From the NCBI GenBank assembly GCA_963845065.1, contig CAWJQQ010000009.1, positions 1,184,001 to 1,248,000 on the forward strand: DNA of 64,000 nucleotides, written 5' to 3'. The stretch's first letter is position 1. Each line of letters begins with the position of its first letter. Under the pieces are notes generated by a model. The model made no database searches. It saw nothing but the letters and a program-made list of their open reading frames with translations, and was not told the origin of the DNA. This document shows positions 29,291-38,252 of the stretch, one piece after another. Made by a program: the position numbers and the translations under genes. The DNA comes from Nitrospirota bacterium (lineage in GTDB: Bacteria > Nitrospirota > UBA9217).

Positions 29291-30604
29291 ATGGCATCCA
29301 AGAAATCAATCAATGTAGGCATCATCGGCTTCGGCACCGTCGGAACTGGTACAGCGCGAATCCTGAACGAGAACGCTGAAATTATCCGGCGCAGGCTCGG
29401 CGTTCCAGTTGTGCTGAAGAGAATATCCGATCTGGATGTGAAGCGTGATAGAGGTATTAAGCTCAAGGGTGTTCAGATAACCACCAATGCACAGGATATA
29501 TTTACCGATCCTGAGATCGACGTCGTGGTGGAACTCATCGGCGGGTATAAACCTGCCAAGGAGTTTATCCTCGAGGCAATCAAGCATAAAAAACATGTGG
29601 TAACGGCAAACAAGGCGCTCCTAGCCGTGCATGGTGAGGAGATATATACCTCGGCCGAAAAGTACGGCGTCACGCTCGGATTCGAAGCATCGGTCGCAGG
29701 AGGTATCCCGATTCTTGCTGCCATCAGGAACGGTCTGGCGGCTAATCATATCAAGTCCATCTACGGCATAGTGAACGGAACGTGCAATTACATCCTGACG
29801 CTTATGACGAATGAATGCCGGAAGTTTGAAGACGTCCTGAAAGAGGCGCAGTCCATGGGGTATGCAGAGACAGACCCGACATTCGACATCGAAGGTATCG
29901 ATTCGGCGCACAAACTTGCGGTCATTACCATGCTTGCCTATGGCACGCCGGTGAAGTTCGATGATATTTATACCGAGGGAATTTCGAAGATCACACCAAG
30001 CGATATCGATTTTGCAAAAGAGCTCGGTTACAAGATCAAACTCTTGGCCATAACTAAGATGGTGAATGGAGAGGTGGAAGCGCGCGTTCATCCTACCATG
30101 CTTCCCGAGGAGTATCCCATTGCCGCTGTTGATGGGGTTTTCAATGCACTCTCCATTGTCGGCGATGCTGTGGGATCAACCATGTTCTACGGCAGAGGTG
30201 CAGGCGATATGCCTACAGGGAGCGCCGTGGTTAGCGATATCATCGACATCGGTCGCGACATCCTGGCAGGCTGCACGAATCGTACGCCTGTTGCAGCTTT
30301 CCGCGAACGAACGCCCCTCAAGATTCGTAAGATGGACGAAATCACATCCTGTTATTATCTGCGGTTCTCAGCCATGGATAAGCCTGGCGTTCTGTCACGG
30401 ATATCGGGTGTGCTTGGTAGAAACAACATCAGCATCTCCTCGGTCATCCAAAAAGGTAGGGGGACTGCAGAAGCGGTGCCGCTGGTGATGATGAGCCATG
30501 AAGCCATTGAACTCGATGTGCGTAAAGCACTGGATGAGATTAACAAAATGGACTGCGTATCCGGTCCGACCATGGTGATTCGAGTGGAGGAAGGGAAAAG
30601 CTGA
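29291..30604 (+). CDS. hom: Homoserine dehydrogenase with ACT domain
   Basis: GFGTVG, VVTANKA, EASVAGGIP, NGTCNYIL, DKPGVL. Confidence 0.97.
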   Translation: MASKKSINVGIIGFGTVGTGTARILNENAEIIRRRLGVPVVLKRISDLDVKRDRGIKLKGVQITTNAQDIFTDPEIDVVVELIGGYKPAKEFILEAIKHKKHVVTANKALLAVHGEEIYTSAEKYGVTLGFEASVAGGIPILAAIRNGLAANHIKSIYGIVNGTCNYILTLMTNECRKFEDVLKEAQSMGYAETDPTFDIEGIDSAHKLAVITMLAYGTPVKFDDIYTEGISKITPSDIDFAKELGYKIKLLAITKMVNGEVEARVHPTMLPEEYPIAAVDGVFNALSIVGDAVGSTMFYGRGAGDMPTGSAVVSDIIDIGRDILAGCTNRTPVAAFRERTPLKIRKMDEITSCYYLRFSAMDKPGVLSRISGVLGRNNISISSVIQKGRGTAEAVPLVMMSHEAIELDVRKALDEINKMDCVSGPTMVIRVEEGKS

Positions 30605-30689
30605 TAATTTAGGATTACGGAACGCAGGTGGGTCGACTTGATAAGTTACTGAGTGTTGCCGCCTAGCGATACCGCTAATTCGCTCGGGG

Positions 30690-30953
30690 ATGATTATGAC
30701 AGACGATATCAAAATAAATAAGACAATCGATATTAAGGGTCAGGTCTGTCCGTATACGTTCGTTCGATCGAAACTAGCATTGGAAAAAATGCCTCTTGGA
30801 GAAGTGCTGGAAATCATCACAGACCATAAGCCCGCGTCGGAAAACGTGCCAAAAAGCATGGAGAATGAAGGCCAGAAGGTCCTTCGGATTGAACAGACCG
30901 CGGAAAAAGAGTGGCATATTATAGTTCGGAAGGACAAAGAAAAAAAGAAATAA
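30690..30953 (+). CDS. TusA/SirA-family sulfurtransferase
   Basis: IDIKGQVCPY motif, ~85 aa. Confidence 0.88.
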   Translation: MIMTDDIKINKTIDIKGQVCPYTFVRSKLALEKMPLGEVLEIITDHKPASENVPKSMENEGQKVLRIEQTAEKEWHIIVRKDKEKKK

Positions 30954-31083
30954 CACACTGTTAATCTTGGGCGAGCGCGGATAGACAGGCATAATAAATC
31001 ATTTTGTACAAAAGATGATTTGCCTGTGTGTGTATTAATTTGTTCCGACAGAATCAGAATTCGTAGTTATTAGAGAGGTTTCT

Positions 31084-31887
31084 ATGGACTTTACTGAAGA
31101 TCAAATACTGCGTTACAGCAGGCACATTCTGCTTCCGGAAGTTGGGGGCGACGGACAGGAAAAGATCTTGAACGCCAAAGTCGTGCTGGTCGGCGCTGGC
31201 GGTCTCGGCTCTCCGGTCGGGTACTATCTTGCGGCAGCAGGTGTCGGCACTATCGGCGTCATCGACAACGACCGTGTCGAAATCTCGAACCTTCAGCGGC
31301 AGATCGCGCATAATACTAGCAGGATTGGCATGCTGAAGGCAGATTCCTCGAAGGAGACCTACGAGACGCTAAACCCCGACGTGAAAGTCATCACGCACAA
31401 GGAACGATTGTCGTCCCATAACATCAAGGGGATTATCAAGGATTATGATATTGTGGTTGACGGCAGCGACAATTTCCCTACGCGCTATCTAGTTAATGAT
31501 GCCTGCGTCATGCTCAAGAAGACGCTGGTCAGCGCCGCGGTCTTCCGGTTCGAAGGGCAGATCATGAGCATCTACCCAGGCGAAGGACCGTGTTACCGAT
31601 GCCTGTTTGAGGTCCCACCCCCTCCGGGTATGGTCCCCTCGTGCCAGGAGGCGGGCATCCTCGGAGTCGTCACCGGTGTGATCGGGACTTTGCAGGCGAC
31701 CGAGGTGATCAAGGCGATCCTTGGCATCGGCCACCCGCTCAAAGGAAAACTTCTGCTGTGGAACGCTCTCGATATGAGTTTCCGCACCGTGAAGGTGCCT
31801 CGGAATAAAGAGTGCCCCGTGTGTGGCGAGCATCCAACGATTACGGAATTGATAGATTACGAACAATTCTGTTCTATGAGCCACTGA
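31084..31887 (+). CDS. MoeB/ThiF-family (E1-like) adenylyltransferase, no rhodanese domain
   Basis: RYSRHILL, GAGGLG, SNLQRQ, GPCYRC, PSCQEAG, CPVC. Confidence 0.93.
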   Translation: MDFTEDQILRYSRHILLPEVGGDGQEKILNAKVVLVGAGGLGSPVGYYLAAAGVGTIGVIDNDRVEISNLQRQIAHNTSRIGMLKADSSKETYETLNPDVKVITHKERLSSHNIKGIIKDYDIVVDGSDNFPTRYLVNDACVMLKKTLVSAAVFRFEGQIMSIYPGEGPCYRCLFEVPPPPGMVPSCQEAGILGVVTGVIGTLQATEVIKAILGIGHPLKGKLLLWNALDMSFRTVKVPRNKECPVCGEHPTITELIDYEQFCSMSH

Positions 31888-31945
31888 GGAAGGTGGAAGT
31901 GCTGACGACGAGAAAGGCCGAAAATCTGCACTCTTGGTGTATCTT

Positions 31946-32377
31946 ATGGCCTTGATCATTAACAAGTCCGACGTCCAACGCATTATCGATCATTGTACTG
32001 CTGAACTTCCCCACGAGGCCTGTGGAATCCTCGCAGGGAAGGACTACAAGGTGGAAAAAATTTACTTCATGAAGAATGCGAAGCCCGGACCGGCCTACTA
32101 CGAAATGGAAGCAGAAGAGCAGTTCCGAGTGATGAAGGATGTTCGTGAGTCGGGCCGTGTGCTGGTCGGCATGTTCCATTCTCATCCCACCGGTCAGGCA
32201 TACCCGTCGAGTATAGACGTTGAAAAGGCGTATTGGCCCGGGTCACAGTTGCCTAATTATCCCGATGCCATATATGTCATCGTTTCCCTCATGAACCGGG
32301 CTCATCCAGTTGTCAGGGGGTTTTCGATCGAAGAAGGGATAGTAAGCGAAGTACTCTTATCCGTCATTGAACTGTAG
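31946..32377 (+). CDS. JAB/Mov34 (M67) metallopeptidase
   Basis: HEACGIL and FHSHP...PSSID JAMM motif. Confidence 0.93.
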   Translation: MALIINKSDVQRIIDHCTAELPHEACGILAGKDYKVEKIYFMKNAKPGPAYYEMEAEEQFRVMKDVRESGRVLVGMFHSHPTGQAYPSSIDVEKAYWPGSQLPNYPDAIYVIVSLMNRAHPVVRGFSIEEGIVSEVLLSVIEL

Positions 32378-32541
32378 AAAGCAGTTCCCATGCGACTGAA
32401 GGCTGAATTATTTGGGGTATTGCCGAAGAAGAGAGAATATCGAAAATTGTCCGCAAATCATGAAAACGAACGTTCTCAGTGTAACCTGCAGAAACCATTG
32501 TTGCATGAGGCGAGTGAATATTTAATCGGGAGGAGCGAAGC

Positions 32542-32820
32542 ATGACGATCAAAGTAAGAATTCCGACGCCGTTGCAAAAATTATCAAACGGGAAAGCAGA
32601 AGTCGAATGCAGAGCAAAGAACGTCACCGAACTTTTAGACGCTTTGGAAAAGGATTATCCTGGCATGAAAGAACGGTTGTCAGAAGGCGGAAAGATCAGG
32701 CGATTCATTAATATTTACGTGAATGAAGAAGATATCCGCTTCATGAACAAGGAAGAAACTACACTCAAAGACGGAGACAATATCTCGATCGTGCCGGCCA
32801 TTGCGGGCGGACGCGGTTAA
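32542..32820 (+). CDS. Ubiquitin-like sulfur carrier (MoaD/CysO type) with blocked C-terminus GG-RG
   Basis: [30 protein letters not shown] followed by RG. Confidence 0.92.
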   Translation: MTIKVRIPTPLQKLSNGKAEVECRAKNVTELLDALEKDYPGMKERLSEGGKIRRFINIYVNEEDIRFMNKEETTLKDGDNISIVPAIAGGRG

Positions 32821-32913
32821 CCCGGTACTTCAAAGCACGAGTTGGAGATTCGGAGGCTGGTGTCTACGTTATTTCGCTGATATGGCGTTATCCTTCCTCA
32901 CGACGGAGGCGAC

Positions 32914-33156
32914 ATGGCAACAATGAGGATTAAACTGACGTTTCCCCAAGACTTGATCAGGGAGCCTGTGATCTTCACGATGGCGAGGAAATTCGACGTC
33001 ATGCCGAATATCCGGCGAGCCAAAGTTACAGAAAACGTAGGCGAAGTCGTGCTGGAACTTGAAGGCACAGAAAAAAAACTCGAGGACAGTATCGCCTATC
33101 TCAAGGAGCGCGGAGTCAAAATTGAAGCAGTTGAGGGGGAAGGTGGTAGTTCGTAA
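32914..33156 (+). CDS. Stand-alone NIL domain protein
   Basis: KLTFP..LIREPVI..ARKFDV.PNIRRA.V...GEVVLELEG. Confidence 0.85.
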   Translation: MATMRIKLTFPQDLIREPVIFTMARKFDVMPNIRRAKVTENVGEVVLELEGTEKKLEDSIAYLKERGVKIEAVEGEGGSS

Positions 33157-33231
33157 GTGTTCAAATGACAAGGGATTGGGCAATTCACTATTTTGCTGTA
33201 GATCCCTGTCCTCTCATTCTCCTGTACATTT

Positions 33232-34455
33232 ATGAAATTCATTATATTACTTGGTGACGGAATGGCTGACAGGCCTCATGGGGAACTGGGTGGCAAAACA
33301 TGTCTGGAGTTCGCGAACACACCAAACCTGAACCAGCTTGCGACGAGCGGTCAGGTGGGAATGGTGTATACGATACCTCCGGGGTTTCCACCCGGCAGCG
33401 ACGTGGCCAACCTTTCTGTCATGGGATATGATCCCCGGAAGTACTATACCGGCCGTTCGCCTCTCGAGGCGGCCAGTATAGGCGTCGAATTGGGACCAAA
33501 TGATGTTGCGTTCCGCTGCAATCTCGTGACCCTCCGTATTACTAGCGGCAAGTCTTCAGGTTCGGGCCGGAGGGCAATCATGGAAGACTTCAGCGCAGGC
33601 CATATTTCGACACAGGAAGCCCGTTTGCTTATTGAGGAAATCGACAGCAAACTTGGCAATGACCGCATCCGTTTTTATCCCGGGGTGAGCTATCGCCATC
33701 TGATGGTCTGGAAAGGTGGGAAGGACAAGGTCGAGTGCACACCGCCTCATGACATTCAGGACAAGGACATCCAGGACTACCTCCCGCGCGGTGAGGGAGA
33801 CGATATTGTTAACACGCTTATGGCGGAATCGATCGACTTGCTCCTTGCTCATCCAGTTAATAAAGCGAGACTAGAGGGCGGCAAGCGCGCTGCGAACAGC
33901 ATCTGGCTCTGGGGCCAGGGCCGGCGTCCAAATATGCCAACCTTCAAGGAAAAGTATGGTATTGATGGAGCAATGATCTCCGCCGTAGATCTTACGAAGG
34001 GAATCGGCAAATATGCGGGGTTCGAAGTGATAAACGTGCCAGGGGCCACGGGCTGGCTGGACACGAATTACGTAGGCAAGGCCGAACACGCGCTCTGGGC
34101 ACTGAAAACAAAGGATATCGTTTATGTGCACGTTGAAGCCCCTGATGAAGCGGGCCACACGGGCGATCTGAAAAACAAAGTCAAGGCCATAGAGGATTTT
34201 GATGAATTTATCGTTGGAAACATCATCCACGGTATGAAACAGTTTGATGAATACCGCATACTGGCACTCCCGGATCATCCTACACCGGTTGCGCTTCGTA
34301 CCCATTCGAATGAACCGGTGCCATTTGTCATTTTTGATAATACGAAGGAACGCACTGGTGACGCGGTGACTTACGATGAGGGGATTGCTGCCAGAAAAGA
34401 TGCCTTGGTATTCAAAGAAGGATATACATTGATGGATTTTTTTTTGAAAAAGTAG
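33232..34455 (+). CDS. apgM: Cofactor-independent phosphoglycerate mutase family protein (ApgM; subgroup proposed as homoserine kinase)
   Basis: GDGMAD, PGSDVAN, YTGRSPLEA, HVEAPDEAGH, DHPTP. Confidence 0.88.
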   Translation: MKFIILLGDGMADRPHGELGGKTCLEFANTPNLNQLATSGQVGMVYTIPPGFPPGSDVANLSVMGYDPRKYYTGRSPLEAASIGVELGPNDVAFRCNLVTLRITSGKSSGSGRRAIMEDFSAGHISTQEARLLIEEIDSKLGNDRIRFYPGVSYRHLMVWKGGKDKVECTPPHDIQDKDIQDYLPRGEGDDIVNTLMAESIDLLLAHPVNKARLEGGKRAANSIWLWGQGRRPNMPTFKEKYGIDGAMISAVDLTKGIGKYAGFEVINVPGATGWLDTNYVGKAEHALWALKTKDIVYVHVEAPDEAGHTGDLKNKVKAIEDFDEFIVGNIIHGMKQFDEYRILALPDHPTPVALRTHSNEPVPFVIFDNTKERTGDAVTYDEGIAARKDALVFKEGYTLMDFFLKK

Positions 34456-34534
34456 CATGCTCGCCAGGAAGCACAAAAAGTGCACAGAAAACACGACAGT
34501 TCATCGTGTCATTGTGGTAAAGTGGGGGAATTAG

Positions 34535-35755
34535 GTGCTCATAGTCCAAAAATACGGCGGTACGTCTGTAGGAAGTCCTGAACGGATCAAGAACGTAGCG
34601 AAGCGTGTGTGCCGCGCAAGGGAAGAAGGACACGATGTCGTAGTTGTCGTATCGGCCATGAGCGGAGAAACGGACAAACTTATCGGCCTGGCAAATCAGG
34701 TTAGCGAAAATCCGGACCCCCGGGAAATGGACATGCTGGTGTCAACGGGAGAACGAGTGGCTATTGCATTGTTAGCTATGGCGATTCAGACTTGTGGACA
34801 CAAGGCGCAGTCGTTTACTGGCAGGCAGGCGGGAATCATTTCTGATAACGTGCATACCAAGGCGCGGATCGAAAAAATCACGGGCGATCGGTTGAGGCAA
34901 GCGCTACGGGAAGGGAAGGTCGCCGTGGTTGCCGGTTTCCAGGGAATAACCGAAACGTCGGACGATGTGACGACGCTGGGAAGGGGAGGATCGGACCTCT
35001 CGGCGGTAGCCGTTGCCGCCGCACTCAAGGCCGACGTGTGCGACATATATACCGATGTCGACGGCGTGTATACCACAGACCCGAATATGGTGCCGCATGC
35101 AAGGAAACTTGACAAAATTTCCTATGACGAGATGCTTGAACTGGCGAGTCTCGGGGCCAAAGTACTCCAGACGCGCTCCGTCGAGTTCGCAAAAAAATAT
35201 AGCGTTCCGGTAAGGGTGCTCTCGAGCTTCAACGACAACCCGGGGACCCTAGTGACCAGGGAGGATGCAGATATGGAAAAAGTTGTGGTATCCGGCGTGG
35301 CGTATGACAAGAATCAGGTGAAAGTGACTGTTCAGGGCGTGCCGGACCGACCGGGAGTTGCGGCGAAGATCTTCAATACTATTTCGGACAACAATGTTGT
35401 CGTGGACATGATTATCCAGAATATCGGCGAGGGTGGATTGACGGACATGTCCTTTACTGTGCCCAGGACAGATGCCAAGAAGATCCAGGAAATAATGAAG
35501 AAAGTCATTTCCGATATTGGGGCAAAGAGCGTGAGCATGAAGGAAGAAATTGCCAAGATATCCATCGTGGGCGTGGGCATGCGTTCGCATTCGGGCGTTG
35601 CGGCTAAAATGTTCTCAGCCCTTGCCAAAGAAGGGATCAATATCATGATGATTAGTACGTCGGAGATCAAAATATCCTGCGTGATCGATGCTAAGTACAC
35701 GGAACTTGCAGTCAGGGTATTGCATGATGCCTTTGAAATGGATAAAGCGGCATGA
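34535..35755 (+). CDS. lysC: Aspartate kinase
   Basis: [19 protein letters not shown], two ACT domains, STSEIK. Confidence 0.97.
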   Translation: MLIVQKYGGTSVGSPERIKNVAKRVCRAREEGHDVVVVVSAMSGETDKLIGLANQVSENPDPREMDMLVSTGERVAIALLAMAIQTCGHKAQSFTGRQAGIISDNVHTKARIEKITGDRLRQALREGKVAVVAGFQGITETSDDVTTLGRGGSDLSAVAVAAALKADVCDIYTDVDGVYTTDPNMVPHARKLDKISYDEMLELASLGAKVLQTRSVEFAKKYSVPVRVLSSFNDNPGTLVTREDADMEKVVVSGVAYDKNQVKVTVQGVPDRPGVAAKIFNTISDNNVVVDMIIQNIGEGGLTDMSFTVPRTDAKKIQEIMKKVISDIGAKSVSMKEEIAKISIVGVGMRSHSGVAAKMFSALAKEGINIMMISTSEIKISCVIDAKYTELAVRVLHDAFEMDKAA

Positions 35756-35784
35756 GGCGGCAGAGCCAAGGAAAATCCTATACC

Positions 35785-37404
35785 ATGAAACCGACTGTTT
35801 ACCTTTATGATACTACGCTACGCGACGGCGCCCAGGCCGAGGATGTGAATTTCTCTGTCGAGGACAAGATCCGCATTGCACGGAAGCTCGATCAATTTGG
35901 CGTCCACTATATCGAGGGCGGCTGGCCAGGCTCCAACCCGCGTGATATTGAATTTTTCAGAGAGATGCGTCGCGTGAAGCTCAAGAAATCAAAGCTTGTG
36001 GCCTTTGGTGCCACACGTCGATCAAAACTCAAGGTTTCTAATGATCCCAGTATAAAAGCATTAGTGTCGTCAGGTGCGGCAACGGCCACCATTTTCGGAA
36101 AGACGTGGGATCTTCACGTGCTGAAAGCGCTCAAGATTACCATGAATGAGAATCTCGACTTAATTGAGGACTCCGTATTCTATCTCAAGAAGCATCTGGA
36201 CGAGGTCATCTACGATGCTGAACATTTCTTCGATGGATATAAGGCTAATCCCGATTATGCAATTCAGACGCTTCTTGCCGCAGAAGGAGCTGGTGCGGAC
36301 TGTCTGGTTTTGTGCGATACGAACGGCGGCACACTGCCCCATGAAATCGAAGAGATCATTGCGCGCGTAAAGACGGCGATTGCGACGCCATTTGGTATCC
36401 ATGCCCATAACGACACTGAACTTGCCGTGGCTAACTCATTGGCGGCAATCAGGATGGGGGCTGTCCAGGTTCACGGTACTATTAACGGTTACGGTGAACG
36501 TTGCGGTAACGCCAACCTCTGTTCTCTGATTCCTACCCTCAAACTCAAACTGGGGATCGATTGTGTGACGGACACCAGTTTGGCCAGGCTTCGCGACATG
36601 TCCCGGTATGTAGATGAACTCGCTAACCTGCCGCACCGCAAGCGACAGCCCTATATTGGCGACAGTGCTTTTGCGCACAAAGGCGGTGTGCATGTGGATG
36701 CCATAGCGAAGAACTCCCTGACCTATGAGCATATCACACCGGAGCTTGTCGGGAATAGACGCCGTATTCTTGTCTCCGATATGGCGGGCAAGAGCAATAT
36801 CCTTCAGAAAGCAGAAGAGTTGGGCATCCCGCTCAGGAAGGACAGCCCTCAACTGGCTGAAATACTGAAGAAAGTTAAGGAACTTGAGAACGAAGGTTTT
36901 GAGTTCGAGGGTGCTGAAGGATCGCTTGAGCTCCTGATGCTTCGGGCAGGGCACAACTACGAGTCGGTCTTCACGATGTTCGACCGGATCGATTACCGCA
37001 TTTTGACGGAAAAACGAAAAGTCGATCCCAATCCGGTGAGCGAGGCGACGGTGACCGTGGAGGTCGGGGGTAATGTGGAGCATACGGCTGCATGGGGCAA
37101 TGGCCCGGTGAATGCGCTGGACAAGGCCCTACGCAAAGTTCTGCCCAAGTACTTTCCCGGCAGGGGGCTGGAAACCGTTCGGTTGCTTGACTATAAGGTT
37201 CGCGTGCTAACAGCAGCCGCAGGAACGGCGGCAAAAGTCCGCGTGCTGATCGAGTCCGGCGACGGCAAGAACAAGTGGGGTACCGTCGGCGTGTCCGAGA
37301 ATGTGATTGAGGCGAGTTGGCAGGGGCTGGTAGACAGCATTGAGTATAAATTGCTCCGAACGGCAAAAAAAAATACAAAGTACAGAGTACCTAGTTCAAA
37401 GTAA
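35785..37404 (+). CDS. cimA: Citramalate synthase
   Basis: YDTTLRDG, EGGWPGSNP, DAEHFFDG, AHKGG, LLDYKVR. Confidence 0.9.
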   Translation: MKPTVYLYDTTLRDGAQAEDVNFSVEDKIRIARKLDQFGVHYIEGGWPGSNPRDIEFFREMRRVKLKKSKLVAFGATRRSKLKVSNDPSIKALVSSGAATATIFGKTWDLHVLKALKITMNENLDLIEDSVFYLKKHLDEVIYDAEHFFDGYKANPDYAIQTLLAAEGAGADCLVLCDTNGGTLPHEIEEIIARVKTAIATPFGIHAHNDTELAVANSLAAIRMGAVQVHGTINGYGERCGNANLCSLIPTLKLKLGIDCVTDTSLARLRDMSRYVDELANLPHRKRQPYIGDSAFAHKGGVHVDAIAKNSLTYEHITPELVGNRRRILVSDMAGKSNILQKAEELGIPLRKDSPQLAEILKKVKELENEGFEFEGAEGSLELLMLRAGHNYESVFTMFDRIDYRILTEKRKVDPNPVSEATVTVEVGGNVEHTAAWGNGPVNALDKALRKVLPKYFPGRGLETVRLLDYKVRVLTAAAGTAAKVRVLIESGDGKNKWGTVGVSENVIEASWQGLVDSIEYKLLRTAKKNTKYRVPSSK

Positions 37405-37438
37405 TAACCGGTAGCCGTCCTGAAGCGCGGGGCGTGAA

Positions 37439-37888
37439 GTGAGGCAGGGTATGATCGAAGAAGAAGGAATTGTAGCCGAAGTAGAAGGAGACGTCGCGAA
37501 GGTATCGATAGTCAAAAAGAGCGGTTGTGAACAGTGTGCGGCTGCCGGTGTGTGCCATCCGGGTGAAGAGGAATATATGGAGGCGTTAAACCCGCTGAGC
37601 GCAAAAAAAGGGCAGAAGGTTAAGATCGTCGTGGCGCCTCAGGTCTACTTGAAAGCTTCTATCATCCTATTCGGCATTCCCATGGCTGCCCTCGTTGCGG
37701 GAGCCATTATTGCAAAAAATATTACGCTACGATATGCAGGGGAGCTTCATTCCGACCTCTGGGCGTTCATCGCAGGCATGATCTGCATGGTCGTTTCTTT
37801 TTTCTTTATACGCGTGTATAATAATAAAGTCGAAAAAACGCAGACGTACAAGCCAGTGATCGTCGAGATTCTTTCCCCGAAGGAATGA
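37439..37888 (+). CDS. RseC/MucC family membrane protein
   Basis: CEQC...C motif and two TMs. Confidence 0.85.
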   Translation: MRQGMIEEEGIVAEVEGDVAKVSIVKKSGCEQCAAAGVCHPGEEEYMEALNPLSAKKGQKVKIVVAPQVYLKASIILFGIPMAALVAGAIIAKNITLRYAGELHSDLWAFIAGMICMVVSFFFIRVYNNKVEKTQTYKPVIVEILSPKE

Positions 37889-37911
37889 GGATGCCGTGGT
37901 AGGGCTTTTCT

Positions 37912-38178
37912 ATGCGATTGATAAAGAATCCTGATGAAGCGAGAAGGCTCGCGAGGACTATTCTTTCCGACATTCTTCTCTATAACCAGGCCAAGGTCAA
38001 GGAGGGAATTGAGAAGGATAGTCTTTTCGACGTCTTGACTGAAGAACTTGCCGAAGGCAAGAAGTACTACGAAAATATGGTAGACGTGGAAATACGCCAA
38101 GCAACCAATTTTTTCAGCGAGGCAGTTGTGGATGTCCTGATCAAACAGGGCGGCAAGATCAAGTCTGAAATCTGGTAA
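37912..38178 (+). CDS. Conserved 88-aa protein resembling Myxococcus RomX
   Basis: ARRLAR.I.SDI.LYN...EG...KS.IW pattern and length recalled for RomX homologs; not verified by alignment. Confidence 0.55.
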   Translation: MRLIKNPDEARRLARTILSDILLYNQAKVKEGIEKDSLFDVLTEELAEGKKYYENMVDVEIRQATNFFSEAVVDVLIKQGGKIKSEIW

Positions 38179-38252
38179 ATTTGCTTTACGAGAATGCAAT
38201 TGGGCATAAGAGCCACTTTGAACTATAATCTCATCACCGGAAGGAGTTGTCT

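Noticed and set aside
31084..32820. E1/JAB/Ubl anti-phage system (CBASS type II or Bil)
   Set aside because: No E2 or CD-NTase; the E1 is MoeB-like and the context is amino-acid biosynthesis.
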